DNA of 64,000 nucleotides from Alphaproteobacteria bacterium (GTDB lineage: Bacteria > Pseudomonadota > Alphaproteobacteria > GCA-2746255), in the NCBI GenBank assembly GCA_965249135.1, contig OZ252220.1, forward strand, positions 1,664,001-1,728,000, given 5' to 3'. Made by a program: the position numbers and the translations under genes. This document shows positions 39,497 to 49,983 of this stretch, one piece after another. Numbering within the stretch: position 1 is the first letter of the stretch; each line of letters begins with the position of its first letter. The notes under the pieces were generated by a model. The model ran no database searches, was not told the origin of the DNA, and was given only the letters and a program-made list of their open reading frames with translations.

Positions 39497-39835
39497 TTAA
39501 TCCCCCTCGCCGGGGTTGGCGCTGAAATGTTCCTCAAATTTGTTCGGGACGTCCTTCCAGTCGTCGGCATCCGGCAGCTGGTCCTTTTTCTTCGTGATGT
39601 TCGGCCAGGTTTTTGCATATTCCGTATTTAATTCCAGCCACTTAGCGGTATCCCCCTCGCTGTCGGGCACGATGGCCTCGGCCGGGCATTCCGGCTCGCA
39701 TACGCCGCAGTCGATGCATTCATCCGGGCTGATGGCGAGCATGTTTTCACCCTCGTAGAAGCAATCGACGGGGCATACTTCGACGCAGTCCGTATATTTG
39801 CACTTGATGCAGGCTTCCGTGACGACATAAGGCAT
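39497..39835 (-). CDS. fdxA: 7Fe ferredoxin FdxA
   Basis: [30 protein letters not shown]; adjacent to carD. Confidence 0.95.
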   Translation of the reverse strand: MPYVVTEACIKCKYTDCVEVCPVDCFYEGENMLAISPDECIDCGVCEPECPAEAIVPDSEGDTAKWLELNTEYAKTWPNITKKKDQLPDADDWKDVPNKFEEHFSANPGEGD

Positions 39836-39906
39836 GGCGGTTTCCCCTCCCCATGGACGCCCTCGGCCCGATGGATCGGTTTTTTAAGAAGATTCGAATC
39901 GAGGAC

Positions 39907-40383
39907 TTACTCCGGACTTTGGTTTTCGTCAATACCAAGTCGGCTTAAGACCCGCTTGCGCGCCCCGCCCCTTTCCTGGTCGGACACGTAGAGAAGACCG
40001 CCGATCCGGCGAAGCAGACTCGCCTCGAAGTCATCGAGTTTGCCGTCTGCATAGACAACCTCCCATAGCATTTCGATCAGCTCAATGCGTTCCTCGTGGG
40101 GCAAGACGTCTTTTGCGATTTTCGTGAAGCGATGGAGGTTGTTGGGACCTTCTGCCCACTCCCGCACTTTTTCGAAGAGCGCGGTCGCTTCTTCCTCCGT
40201 AAGTGTGAAACGCGATCGAAGCAGTTTCAGGATCTGTGTTTGCTCGCGCGCATCGAAGTGACCATCGAAGAGGGCGGCTTCGATCAGGAGTGCTGCGATC
40301 GCCGTCTGCAGCGGGTCGTCCGTTTTGAGAACGGCATCCTGCTCGTCCGAGGATTCGAAAAGTTTGCGGATGTGTTTCAGCAT
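39907..40383 (-). CDS. TerB family protein
   Basis: AALLIEAA..DG, LWEVVYADG.LD..E..LLRRI..LL. Confidence 0.85.
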   Translation of the reverse strand: MLKHIRKLFESSDEQDAVLKTDDPLQTAIAALLIEAALFDGHFDAREQTQILKLLRSRFTLTEEEATALFEKVREWAEGPNNLHRFTKIAKDVLPHEERIELIEMLWEVVYADGKLDDFEASLLRRIGGLLYVSDQERGGARKRVLSRLGIDENQSPE

Positions 40384-40401
40384 GGTGTTTGTTTGCTCGG
40401 C

Positions 40402-42132
40402 TCAGTCGCCAAGGGCTGTCCCTTCACGTCTGGGGTCGGCGCCGCCGACCAGTTGCTCTTTCTTGCGTTCGATGCCATTGAGGCCGCTCGTCAGGCCATG
40501 AAAGATAATCTCATGGCCGAGCGTTTCAAGGGCCGGCCCGATTGCCCGCAGATCCGTTCCCTCCTCGAGCTCCGTGCTTTGGTTGCGGTTCGCGAAGTTC
40601 GGCAGTTCGATCGCCTCCTGGATTCCTTTCTCCCAGTCGAGCACCGCCACGAGTGTCTTGAGAACGAAGGCGATGATATAGGGACCGCCGGGCGAGCCGA
40701 TCGATAGCCGAAACCGACCGTCCGGATCGAACACAAGAGTCGGCGTCATCGAACTCCGCGGGCGTTTTCCTGGCTGGACCCGGTTGGCGACGGACTTGCC
40801 GCCCCGCTCCGGAGTGAAGGCGAAATCCGTCAATTCATTGTTCAGCAGAAACCCATTCACCATCAGGCGTGACCCGAAGGCGTTTTCGATGCTGGCCGTG
40901 AGCGCGACGGCGTTTCCTTGCCTATCGACGACACTTAGATGGGTGGTCGAAAGCGGCTCCGGCGTAAGACCGGAAGCCTTTGCCGGGCGGCCCTCACCGA
41001 CGGTCCCCGGCAGGGCACGTCCCAGGCTCTTCACCGATGAAATGCGGCTCGCCCGCCGGGCGAGATAGGCGGTGTCCAGCATCGCTTCAACCGGCTGCGG
41101 AACGAAATCGGGGTCGGCGAGGTAATGATCGCGGTCCGCGAAGGCGAGCCGGCTTGCCTCGACCATGAGATGAACGGCCTCGACGGAGCCCGGCGCGAGC
41201 GCGCCAAGATCGAAGGATTCCAGCATGCCAAGAATTTGAAGAAGCGTAACGCCACCCGAGGTCGGCGGCCCCATCGTGCAGAGGCGCACGCCTCGGTAGT
41301 TCCGGCAGACGGGACCGCGCCGGACGGCGCGGTAGGCACCGATATCCGCAGCCGTCATTTGGCCTGGGTTGCGCCCTGCCGTGGTTACCGCCTTGGCGAT
41401 GGCTTCGGCGATTTCACCCTCGTAGAAGGCCACCGCCCCATGCTCGGCGAGAAGGCGAAACGTTTTCGCAAGGGCCGGGTTCCGCAACATCGTTCCGACA
41501 GCCTTCGCGGTTCCATCCGCGTTCAGGAAATACTTCGCCGTTGGCTTGAAGACGTCCAGATGCTTGGCCGATGCGATGATGTCGTGCAGCCGTTTTGAAA
41601 TCGGGAAACCGTTTTCCGCATGACGGATGGCCGGTGCAAACAGGTGCTTCCAGGGAAGTTTCCCATGTTCCCCATGCGCAAGCTCGAACATGCGGATCAA
41701 TCCCGGAACGCCAATGGCGCGGCCGCCGACGGCAGCCTCGTAAAATGAAAGTGGTTTACCGGCTTCGTCGAGAAAGAGGTTTTCATCGACGCCAGCGGGA
41801 GCGGTTTCCCGGCCGTCATAGGTTTCAACTTGACCGGCCTTTTTCGCGTAGTGAACGAGGAAGCCACCGCCACCGATGCCGGAGGATTGCGGTTCGACGA
41901 GTGTCAGGACAAGCGCCGTCGCGATCGCGGCGTCGACGGCGCTGCCACCTTCGCGAAGGATATCAAAGCCCGCTTCTGCGGCGAGCGGATGCGCCGCCAC
42001 CACCATGTGGTGAGCAGGCGTGCTTTCGTCGGAAACGTTGCCGGCGCCTTCGCCAAACAGGATCGTGACAACGACGGCGCACATCGCCGCCAGAAGCAAT
42101 AAGCCGATCAGAAGGCGAGGACGATAGTGCAT
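40402..42132 (-). CDS. ggt: Gamma-glutamyltransferase
   Basis: GGSAVDAA, EPQSSGIGGG, DGRETAP, TTHLSVVD, LNNELTDF, KRPRSSM, GSPGG, DPRR. Confidence 0.96.
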   Translation of the reverse strand: MHYRPRLLIGLLLLAAMCAVVVTILFGEGAGNVSDESTPAHHMVVAAHPLAAEAGFDILREGGSAVDAAIATALVLTLVEPQSSGIGGGGFLVHYAKKAGQVETYDGRETAPAGVDENLFLDEAGKPLSFYEAAVGGRAIGVPGLIRMFELAHGEHGKLPWKHLFAPAIRHAENGFPISKRLHDIIASAKHLDVFKPTAKYFLNADGTAKAVGTMLRNPALAKTFRLLAEHGAVAFYEGEIAEAIAKAVTTAGRNPGQMTAADIGAYRAVRRGPVCRNYRGVRLCTMGPPTSGGVTLLQILGMLESFDLGALAPGSVEAVHLMVEASRLAFADRDHYLADPDFVPQPVEAMLDTAYLARRASRISSVKSLGRALPGTVGEGRPAKASGLTPEPLSTTHLSVVDRQGNAVALTASIENAFGSRLMVNGFLLNNELTDFAFTPERGGKSVANRVQPGKRPRSSMTPTLVFDPDGRFRLSIGSPGGPYIIAFVLKTLVAVLDWEKGIQEAIELPNFANRNQSTELEEGTDLRAIGPALETLGHEIIFHGLTSGLNGIERKKEQLVGGADPRREGTALGD

Positions 42133-42204
42133 GGCTTAGCCTTTCGATAAAATGCCTCAACCCTATCTTGCATGGACCATTTTCCTGAGACAAGGACCAA
42201 GCGC

Positions 42205-42669
42205 ATGTTTCCATCCTTCCTCGCTTCAACCATTCTTGTTCTGCTCACGGTGGGGGTACATTACGAGGTTCTGCGTCTAACCTCGGCTGCGCTTCCAAGA
42301 CTTGCGATCCCACCGCGAACGCGGATGCTCTTCGTGATCATTGCCGCCTTCTTCGCGCACACGGTCGAGGTTTGGCTCTATGCGATCGCCTACTACCTCT
42401 TCGTCGATTATTTCGGTCTCGGGCATTTTGAAGGCCAGCCGGTTACGAACTTCATGGAGTATCTCTATTTCTCGACCGGCACCTATACGTCGCTGGGCAT
42501 AGGCGATATCTACCCGATGGGTGATCTTCGGCTGGTTGCCGCCGTCGAGTCGCTGAATGGTTTGCTATTAATTGGCTGGTCGGCCTCGTTCACCTATCTT
42601 TCGATGCGGGAATTCTGGCCGATGCATGAGGAACACAGGCATAAACGGCAAAACGACGACTCCAACTAA
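42205..42669 (+). CDS. Small potassium-channel-family (Ion_trans_2) protein
   Basis: YLYFS..TYTSLGIGDIYP pore loop, ESLNGLLLIGWS. Confidence 0.85.
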   Translation: MFPSFLASTILVLLTVGVHYEVLRLTSAALPRLAIPPRTRMLFVIIAAFFAHTVEVWLYAIAYYLFVDYFGLGHFEGQPVTNFMEYLYFSTGTYTSLGIGDIYPMGDLRLVAAVESLNGLLLIGWSASFTYLSMREFWPMHEEHRHKRQNDDSN

Positions 42670-42775
42670 ACGCACGATTTCGAAAAACGGGTTGGTTTAA
42701 AAAACCATCGCAAGGTTACAATGCGTAGCTCGCAAGGCAGACCGTTAAAAGAAGCCGAGCGGAGGAAGACCTAGA

Positions 42776-43600
42776 ATGCCGCAAATGAAAAAGGCGATCA
42801 CCGTTCCCGAACTCCGTGCACGGAAGGGAAAAACCCCGATCGTCTGCCTCACCGCCTACACGACGCCGATGGCGAAGTGGCTGGACGCCCACGTCGATTT
42901 GCTGCTGGTTGGCGATTCGGTCGGCATGGTCCTTTACGGAATGGAGAGCACACTCGGGGTCACCGTTGAAATGATGTTCGCGCACACGCAAGCCGTCATG
43001 CGCGGCGTAGAGCACGCCTGCGTAATCACCGACCTTCCCTTCGGCAGTTATCAGGAATCGCCGGAAGCCGCCTACCGGACGTCGGCCCGTGTGCTACGGG
43101 AAACGGGCGCGGCCGGCGTCAAGCTTGAGGGCGGTGAAGAGATGGCGGAAACCGTTTCCTTTTTGACCGCGCGCGGCATTCCCGTGCTGGGCCATGTCGG
43201 CATGATGCCGCAGTCCGTCAACGCCTATGGGGGCTTTGCGGCACGCGGGAAGACGAAGGCCGAAGCGAAGAAGATTCTCGCCGACGGAAATGCCATCGCG
43301 AAGGCCGGCGCCTTCGCCGTCGTCGTCGAGGGAACCCTGGAGCCGGTTGCCCGTGAGCTTACCGCACGGCTTTCCGTGCCGACCATCGGCATCGGAGCCT
43401 CCGCGGCTTGCGACGGGCAAATCCTGGTGTCAGAGGATCTCCTTGGTTTGTTTAGTGATTTCGTTCCGAAATTCGTGAAACGCTACGCAGACCTAGGTGC
43501 CGAGGTCGAGAAGGCGACGGCAAAATACGCCACCGATGTAAGGAAGCGACGTTTTCCAGGACCGGAGCATTGCTTCGGCGCGAAGAAGCAGAAACGCTAG
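42776..43600 (+). CDS. panB: 3-methyl-2-oxobutanoate hydroxymethyltransferase
   Basis: [35 protein letters not shown]. Confidence 0.97.
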   Translation: MPQMKKAITVPELRARKGKTPIVCLTAYTTPMAKWLDAHVDLLLVGDSVGMVLYGMESTLGVTVEMMFAHTQAVMRGVEHACVITDLPFGSYQESPEAAYRTSARVLRETGAAGVKLEGGEEMAETVSFLTARGIPVLGHVGMMPQSVNAYGGFAARGKTKAEAKKILADGNAIAKAGAFAVVVEGTLEPVARELTARLSVPTIGIGASAACDGQILVSEDLLGLFSDFVPKFVKRYADLGAEVEKATAKYATDVRKRRFPGPEHCFGAKKQKR

Positions 43601-43606
43601 CACGGC

Positions 43607-44491
43607 ATGAGCCTGCAGATGAAAACGAAGGCAGAAGAGACGATCGGTATTCCAATCGTTCGCTCGATCGCGGACCTTCGAAGCGCGATCGCACTTTGGC
43701 GGGCGGCCGGCAAAACCGTCGGCCTCGTGCCGACGATGGGGGCGTTGCATGAAGGACATCTCGCGCTCGTTTACGCGTCTTGTGCAAAGATGGATTGCAC
43801 GGTAGCGACGATCCTTGTGAACCCCCTTCAATTTTGCCCTGACGAGGATCTCGAGTCCTATCCGCGAGACGAGGCAGAAGATGTGGGTAAGCTTGCGGAA
43901 GCCAGTGCCGACCTTCTTTACGCACCTCCCATCGAGGAGATCTATCCGGAAGACTTTTCGACGAAGGTTCAGGTGGCGGGTCTTACGGACGTGCTGTGCG
44001 GCGCCTTTCGGTCCGCACATTTTTCAGGCGTGGCGACCGTCGTGACAAAACTTTTCCTACAGGCCTTACCGGATGCCGCGTTCTTTGGCGAGAAGGATTA
44101 CCAGCAGGTGCTGGTCGTTCGCCGCTTGGTGCGCGATCTCGACATTCCGGTTCGCATCGAAACGGTCCCAACCGTCCGGGAAACGGACGGTCTCGCGCTT
44201 TCGTCACGCAATGCCTATCTAACGGCAGAAGAACGCGCAATCGCACCAAAGCTTTTCGAAACGCTTGGCGAGATGGCGGTGGCGATCCGGGAGGGGCATT
44301 CGATTGCAAAAACGGTTGCTTCGGGCGAGGCGGCGTTACGTCGCGCCGGGTTTGGCTCGATCGATTACCTTGAAGTGCGGGATCCGGAAACGCTGGCGCT
44401 CGTCGATGCGCCGAATAGGCCGGCACGCATTTTTGCCGCCGTCCATTTGGGCAAGGCCCGTCTGATCGACAACCTTGCCGTCACCGACTAG
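43607..44491 (+). CDS. panC: Pantoate--beta-alanine ligase
   Basis: PTMGALHEGH, VNPLQF, FGEKDYQQ, GLALSSRN, RLIDN. Confidence 0.97.
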   Translation: MSLQMKTKAEETIGIPIVRSIADLRSAIALWRAAGKTVGLVPTMGALHEGHLALVYASCAKMDCTVATILVNPLQFCPDEDLESYPRDEAEDVGKLAEASADLLYAPPIEEIYPEDFSTKVQVAGLTDVLCGAFRSAHFSGVATVVTKLFLQALPDAAFFGEKDYQQVLVVRRLVRDLDIPVRIETVPTVRETDGLALSSRNAYLTAEERAIAPKLFETLGEMAVAIREGHSIAKTVASGEAALRRAGFGSIDYLEVRDPETLALVDAPNRPARIFAAVHLGKARLIDNLAVTD

Positions 44492-44497
44492 GTGCGG

Positions 44498-44956
44498 TCA
44501 GCCGTTCGTGGCCGGTCGATTCCAAGGAAATTCGATCCAGACGTCCTGAGGGACTTCCGCCGCGTAATGGTCGACGAGGGGCTCGCCGTCCGGCTTGACG
44601 TATACGGCGACGAGGCAGGACTTTGGCAACATGTTTCGGATGATCTCGGCGGTCACGCCTGTGTCGACGATGTCGTCAACGACGAGCCAACCCTCGCCTG
44701 AGCCCTCGCAGGCCTTGAGCACGCGGGGTGGTGTCTGATCCCGTCCGTCGTAGCTGGCGATCCCGATCGTCTCGACGCGACGGATTCCAAGCTCAATCGC
44801 AAGGATTTGCGCCGGCATCATGCCGCCGCGGGTGATGGCGGCGATCGTATGCCAGGGGCCCTCGGCGACAAGTTTCCTGGCCAGGGCGATCGTCGCTCGA
44901 TGGATGTCCTGCCAGGTGACAGGCCGCGTCTCCCGGAAAGCGCTAGGCTTGTTCAT
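44498..44956 (-). CDS. gpt: Xanthine phosphoribosyltransferase
   Basis: AITRGG, LVVDDIVDTG, QDVWIEFPW. Confidence 0.92.
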   Translation of the reverse strand: MNKPSAFRETRPVTWQDIHRATIALARKLVAEGPWHTIAAITRGGMMPAQILAIELGIRRVETIGIASYDGRDQTPPRVLKACEGSGEGWLVVDDIVDTGVTAEIIRNMLPKSCLVAVYVKPDGEPLVDHYAAEVPQDVWIEFPWNRPATNG

Positions 44957-45025
44957 CGGCCCTCGGCTTACACCGGTGTTTCGGTCACCGCAAGGGAAGC
45001 GATCTGGGGTCGCCTGAATGCGAAA

Positions 45026-45053
45026 ACCGGCAGGTCTTGCTTGACCTGCCGGT
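45026..45053 (-). terminator. Rho-independent terminator of the lipoprotein gene
   Basis: ACCGGCAGGTC/GACCTGCCGGT stem followed by TTT on the minus strand. Confidence 0.7.
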
Positions 45054-45094
45054 GATTTCGTTTTTGTCCTTAGTGGAGTGCGATCGTGTCCGAA

Positions 45095-46348
45095 TCAACG
45101 CACGTAGATGTGTACCTCGTTCGATGCGGCCGTCGCACTTTGCGATGCCTTCAGATTGATGCGGTCCGCCGGAAGCCCCATGTCCCTGAGTGAACGAAGC
45201 ACGCCTTCCGTATTCTTCTTCGAGGCGTTCGTGTTCCGCGCCGCATCGGCCGTGTTTCCCTGTGTCGAGGCAATGGCGACGAGATCGAAGATCGCATTTG
45301 GCCGCCGGTCGAGCGCTTCGCGCACGGCCGTATAGAGCGCCTGCGCGTAATCGACGTTCGGACGGTCGAAGCGGATGATGACGAGCGGCCGACGTCCCGC
45401 CGCTGGAGCCGGCGAGGCGAGCGCCGCCGTTTGACCGGCACCGGCAAGCTGCGAAGCGATCGATGGTGAAGCGAAGGCGCGGTTCGTAAGGCTTGGCCCA
45501 TACAGCTCGCCATTCTTGATGGCGACGGAAAGGATCGTGAGGTTGCGGCGCTCGGTGGCCAGGTAGCTGCTCTGCCGGCTGATATCCTCGCTGAGTTCGT
45601 TCAAGAGCCGATCGACCATGACGACGGTGCGGTTCACTTCGTCCTCAAGGATGGCGAGTTGCCGGTGGTCCTCATCGATGCCGCCGGAAAGGCTGTAGGC
45701 CGCCCGGGTGGATTCAAGAATATAGGCAGCCATGGCCGAATCGCCGGCCACTTGGCTGGCCAGGGCGTTCATGTTGCCAACGTCGTTGCTGACGTTATTG
45801 AGTTGCAGTTGCGCCGTCTGCCACTGGTTGACCAGGATCGGGTTGCCCGGCGTCGTGCCGACCTGGAGACGGGCCTGAATGGCGGCGATGACGCCGTGAT
45901 ATTGCTGAGCGTTGCTAACCGTCGTGCTGCGAAGCTGCTGCAAGCCACCATTACGCTGGGCGAGGTTGGTGCGAAGTCCCGAAAGTTCGCTGCGGACCTG
46001 GTGTACCTTCTGGCCCACATAGGTGCCGGTAGCCCCTCCGGGGGTGACTGCGGTCTGCTCGAAGCTGCTGGTGCCAAGGATAGGCGGTGCGCCGCGTGTC
46101 GGGACACCGGGAACCGGCGCCACTCCATAGGGCACGTTCGTTGCGGTGGTGGCAGCCGTCTGCTCCGCCTGGGACGGATCGATTACGATCCGTTCCGTCG
46201 AAGGTTCTGCCGATCTTCCCACCAAGGTTCCGCCTTCGGCGGGCTCCTCACCGGTCAGTGATGGCCAAAGTTCTTCCCCAAAGGACGAACAACCCCCAAG
46301 AAGAATTACCGCCGCAATTGCGGCGACAGGTCGCTTCGAAAAGGCCAT
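45095..46348 (-). CDS. Hypothetical lipoprotein with a coiled-coil core and an OmpA-C-like C-terminus
   Basis: Lipobox LGGC; long helical region; C-terminal IRFD...VLRSLRDMGLPADRI...NEVHIYVR. Confidence 0.8.
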   Translation of the reverse strand: MAFSKRPVAAIAAVILLGGCSSFGEELWPSLTGEEPAEGGTLVGRSAEPSTERIVIDPSQAEQTAATTATNVPYGVAPVPGVPTRGAPPILGTSSFEQTAVTPGGATGTYVGQKVHQVRSELSGLRTNLAQRNGGLQQLRSTTVSNAQQYHGVIAAIQARLQVGTTPGNPILVNQWQTAQLQLNNVSNDVGNMNALASQVAGDSAMAAYILESTRAAYSLSGGIDEDHRQLAILEDEVNRTVVMVDRLLNELSEDISRQSSYLATERRNLTILSVAIKNGELYGPSLTNRAFASPSIASQLAGAGQTAALASPAPAAGRRPLVIIRFDRPNVDYAQALYTAVREALDRRPNAIFDLVAIASTQGNTADAARNTNASKKNTEGVLRSLRDMGLPADRINLKASQSATAASNEVHIYVR

Positions 46349-46576
46349 GGAAATGTTTCTCTAATACCGCCCGCTCGAAATTACTGCCAAGGACTGTCAA
46401 CCAGGGCATTTTGGATAACGGAGCATTATTATGGAAGGGGCCTCATCTGCCAACCCTTTAATTTTCCTACGGATAACGCCGATATCCGTATGCAACGCAG
46501 AGGGTTTGGCCACCTGCCTCGCCTTGCCATTCCATGAAGCTTTAGAGTAGGTTCCGTTTCCCTGTTCCCGTTTTAG

Positions 46577-46653
46577 GCGCCCGTAGCTCAGCTGGATAGA
46601 GCACCAGACTACGAATCTGGGGGTCGGGAGTTCGAATCTCTCCGGGCGCGCCA
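46577..46653 (+). tRNA. tRNA-Arg (ACG)
   Basis: 77-nt GCGCCCGTAGCTCAGCTGGATAGAGC...CTACGAA...GTTCGAATC...GGGCGCGCCA. Confidence 0.98.
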
Positions 46654-46729
46654 GATTTTTTAGGTCAGCATTGGTTCAAATATCGGTTTGATGGCAGCGT
46701 TGACGTTGGCATTCTCGCACCGGCACGCG

Positions 46730-46759
46730 CTTGATTCGCAGGGCGTTCGTGCCAATATA
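46730..46759 (+). promoter_or_regulatory. RpoH-like promoter of the Bax inhibitor-1 gene
   Basis: CTTGAT-N16-CCAATAT against the alphaproteobacterial RpoH consensus CTTGAA-N15/16-CCTATAT. Confidence 0.5.
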
Positions 46760-46798
46760 GGGCCTGCGAAGGGGTTTTAAGAGGCAGAGGACGAAGGA

Positions 46799-47509
46799 AT
46801 GGCTTGGCAGGAAGATCAACGCTTGCGTACCGGGGTTGCCGCGGAGGCGATCGACGAGGGGCTCCGGCGTCACATGATTCGCGTATACAATTTCATGACG
46901 GGTGGGCTGGCGCTTACCGGTCTCATCGCTTACGTCATCGCCCATACGCCGGCATTCTTCAACGCGATCTTCGGAACGCCCCTCATGTGGGTCGTCATGT
47001 TGGCGCCCTTGGGCTTCGTCTTTGCACTCAGCTTCGGCATCCAGCGTTTTCAGTACAGCACCGCCCAAATTCTTTTCTGGTCGTTTGCCGCCATCATGGG
47101 GATGTCGATTGCCTCAATCTTCGTCCTCTATACCGGCGAGAGCATCGCACGCGTCTTCTTCATCTCGGCCGGCACCTTTGCCGCCATGAGCCTCTATGGC
47201 TACACGACGAAGCGGGATCTGACCCGCCTTGGTTCGTTTCTTTTCATGGGACTCATCGGGATCATCCTCGCATCGCTCGTCAATATGTTCGTTCAAAGCA
47301 CGATGCTGCACTTCGTGGTCTCGGTGATCGGGGTCCTCATCTTCGTAGGCCTTACCGCCCATGATACGCAGCGGATCAAATGGATGTACAACGAGGCGGA
47401 TGCCGGCGAGGTGGCCGGCAAGAAGGCGCTAATGGGGGCGCTTAGCCTCTATCTCGATTTCATCAATCTCTTCCTCTTACTTCTCCGGCTGTTCGGCGAA
47501 CGCCGCTAG
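46799..47509 (+). CDS. Bax inhibitor-1/YccA family membrane protein
   Basis: DEGLRRHM..VY, YGYTTKRDL, DTQRIK, ALSLYLDFINLF. Confidence 0.95.
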   Translation: MAWQEDQRLRTGVAAEAIDEGLRRHMIRVYNFMTGGLALTGLIAYVIAHTPAFFNAIFGTPLMWVVMLAPLGFVFALSFGIQRFQYSTAQILFWSFAAIMGMSIASIFVLYTGESIARVFFISAGTFAAMSLYGYTTKRDLTRLGSFLFMGLIGIILASLVNMFVQSTMLHFVVSVIGVLIFVGLTAHDTQRIKWMYNEADAGEVAGKKALMGALSLYLDFINLFLLLLRLFGERR

Positions 47510-47636
47510 GGAAACCGCATCGGATTTTGCGTCCCGGGGCTCGCTCGAATTCCGGCCTCGTCATAGCCGTCGCCGAGGGAAATGTGCTATCCCGAAAGTG
47601 TGCGTTCCTTAAGCTTCACTTGAGCAAAACCAGCGG

Positions 47637-48344
47637 ATGCGTGCCAAGCGAAAGGCAGTCGTCTTATTGAGCGGCGGTGTCGATTCGGCAACGGCGCTGG
47701 CGATGGCGATTGAGGAAGGTTTCGCGGCCTATGCGCTTTCCTTCCGCTACGGCCAGCGCCATGCGCTTGAGATCGAAGCGGCGCGCGAGGTGGCCGCGCA
47801 TCTAGGCGCGAGCCAACATGCCATCCAGGAGATTGATCTTCGGCTGTTCGGTGGCTCGGCCTTGACCTACGACATCGCCGTGCCGAAGGATCGCGACATG
47901 AAAGAGATGGCAGCGGAAATTCCGGTGACCTATGTACCGGCGAGGAACACGATCTTCCTTGCCTTCGCGCTCGCCTGGGCGGAGGTCTTGGAGGCGGACG
48001 CCATCTTCATCGGCGTCAATGTGCTCGATTACAGTGGCTATCCGGATTGCCGGCCGGAATACATCGCCGCCTTCGAACGCCTGGCGGTCCTTGCGACGAA
48101 GGCGGGCGTCGAGGGCAAGCCGGTTTCGATCCATACCCCCTTGATCGATCTCACGAAGGCGGAAATCCTGAAGATCGGGGCCGGGCTCGGCGTCGATTAC
48201 GGGCTTACGTTGAGCTGCTATGACCCGACCCCGGATGGCCGGGCCTGCGGGCGGTGCGATTCCTGTCGGCTGCGCCGGAAGGGGTTCGAGGGTGCCGGGC
48301 TTTCGGACCCGACGGTCTATGCCAATCTGGTCGAGGTGGAATGA
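47637..48344 (+). CDS. queC: 7-cyano-7-deazaguanine synthase
   Basis: [36 protein letters not shown]. Confidence 0.97.
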   Translation: MRAKRKAVVLLSGGVDSATALAMAIEEGFAAYALSFRYGQRHALEIEAAREVAAHLGASQHAIQEIDLRLFGGSALTYDIAVPKDRDMKEMAAEIPVTYVPARNTIFLAFALAWAEVLEADAIFIGVNVLDYSGYPDCRPEYIAAFERLAVLATKAGVEGKPVSIHTPLIDLTKAEILKIGAGLGVDYGLTLSCYDPTPDGRACGRCDSCRLRRKGFEGAGLSDPTVYANLVEVE

Positions 48345-48982
48345 GCTACGCGGTGAAGGAGATTTACGCGACCCTTCAGGGGGAAGGCGCGAATGTGGGG
48401 CGAGCCGCCGTCTTCCTGCGTTTTGCCGGCTGCAATCTGTGGTCGGGCCTGGAGGCGGATCGCGCCGATGCCGTCTGCAATTTTTGCGACACGGATTTCG
48501 TCGGCACGGATGGGGCGGGCGGCGGCCGGTTCGAGGAAGCGGCCGGGCTTGCAAACAGGGCGCGCGCGATCTGGGACGTGGCCCATGGGTCCCGATCGAT
48601 GCCCTTCGTCGTGGCGACGGGCGGTGAGCCACTCCTGCAACTCGACGCGGCGTTGGTGGCGGCGCTGCACGACGAGGGCTTCGAAATTGCGGTCGAGACG
48701 AACGGAACGGTTGCACCGCCTGAAAATATCGACTGGCTTTGCGTGTCCCCGAAGGCAGGCGCGGGTTTGATGGTGGAGAGCGGCGAGGAGTTAAAGCTCG
48801 TCTATCCGCAGGCGGCGGCTGTGCCGGAAGTCTTCGAACACCTTGATTTTAAATATTTTTTTCTGCAGCCCCTGGACGGCCAGGCGCGCGAGCGGCATCT
48901 GGCGGCGGCGCGCGATTATTGCCTTCGTCATCCGAAATGGCGCTTAAGCTTGCAGGCGCACAAACTGATCGGCATGCCGTAA
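48341..48982 (+). CDS. queE: 7-carboxy-7-deazaguanine synthase, Cx14CxxC type
   Basis: [16 protein letters not shown](Cx14)[27 protein letters not shown]. Confidence 0.95.
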   Translation: MSYAVKEIYATLQGEGANVGRAAVFLRFAGCNLWSGLEADRADAVCNFCDTDFVGTDGAGGGRFEEAAGLANRARAIWDVAHGSRSMPFVVATGGEPLLQLDAALVAALHDEGFEIAVETNGTVAPPENIDWLCVSPKAGAGLMVESGEELKLVYPQAAAVPEVFEHLDFKYFFLQPLDGQARERHLAAARDYCLRHPKWRLSLQAHKLIGMP

Positions 48983-48991
48983 AGGGGGGAC

Positions 48992-49354
48992 ATGGAAATC
49001 TATAAGACCTTCACCTTCGAGGCGGCCCACCACCTTCCGAACGTGCCTGAGGGCCATAAATGCGAACGCCTGCACGGGCACTCCTTTCGCGTCGAGTTGC
49101 GTGTCGCTGGGGAGGTTGATGAGACGAGCGGCTGGGTGATGGATTTTGCCGACGTCGAGAAGGCGTTCGAGTCGATCCTGGCTGTCCTCGACCACCACTA
49201 CCTGAACGAGATCGAGGGCCTTGGGAATCCGACCAGCGAGGTGCTGGCCCGCTGGATCTGGGAGCGGCTGAAACCGCGGCTTCCGGGGCTTTCCCAGGTG
49301 ACCTTACGGGAGACCTGCACGGCTGGTGCCGTCTATCGGGGGGAAGGGCATTAA
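48992..49354 (+). CDS. queD: 6-carboxytetrahydropterin synthase
   Basis: [28 protein letters not shown]. Confidence 0.97.
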   Translation: MEIYKTFTFEAAHHLPNVPEGHKCERLHGHSFRVELRVAGEVDETSGWVMDFADVEKAFESILAVLDHHYLNEIEGLGNPTSEVLARWIWERLKPRLPGLSQVTLRETCTAGAVYRGEGH

Positions 49355-49360
49355 GGCGGC

Positions 49361-49825
49361 CTAGCCGCGCCCACGATAAGGCGCAACGCCTGGATCCGGC
49401 ACCCACAGGCCTTCCGGCGGGGAGGCGGACTGGTAGAAGACGTCGATCGGAATGCCGCCGCGCGGAAACCAATAGCCGGCCATACGAAGCCAGCGGGGCT
49501 TGAGGGCGGCCTCCAGCTTGCTCGCGATTTTCATCGTGCAGTCTTCATGGAAGCTTGCCGTGTTTCGAAACGAAGCCAGGTAAAGCTTCAAGGACTTGCT
49601 TTCGACGAGCCGTTTGGCCGGCACGTAGTCGATCACGAAATGGGCGAAGTCCGGCTGACCGGTGATTGGGCAAAGCGCGGTGAATTCCGGACAGGTGAAG
49701 CGGATGAGATAGTCGGTGCCGACATTCGGATTCGGAAAACTCTCCAGCGCCGCCTGCTCGGGCGAATCCGGAATCGCCGCTTTTCCTCCCGGTTGGGTGA
49801 GGATTTCGTCTTCGGACTTAGCCAT
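49361..49825 (-). CDS. queF: PreQ1 synthase (short, single T-fold type)
   Basis: [32 protein letters not shown]. Confidence 0.96.
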   Translation of the reverse strand: MAKSEDEILTQPGGKAAIPDSPEQAALESFPNPNVGTDYLIRFTCPEFTALCPITGQPDFAHFVIDYVPAKRLVESKSLKLYLASFRNTASFHEDCTMKIASKLEAALKPRWLRMAGYWFPRGGIPIDVFYQSASPPEGLWVPDPGVAPYRGRG

Positions 49826-49858
49826 CGCGTTTAGGCCTTTCGATTCGCTAGAAAAAAT

Positions 49859-49983
49859 TTAACCCTTTCGTAACCATGCGCCAAGCTACTGGTTTTGCTT
49901 TCGTTTCCTAACCGTTCCACGCGCCTCTACGGGCCCTTGAGGATGGTGCTTTATCCCCTTGATTTTCTTAATAGAATCTTAAC
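49859..49983. promoter_or_regulatory. Two CtrA-type boxes in the tgt-queF spacer
   Basis: Perfect TTAA-TAGAATC-TTAAC (49968-49983, with an internal GANTC) and TTAA-CCCTTTC-GTAAC (49859-49874). Confidence 0.6.

Noticed and set aside
37889-40383. SNase plus TerB as an anti-phage system
   Set aside because: They are on opposite strands, separated by core carD-fdxA, the SNase is exported, and no other defence genes are nearby.
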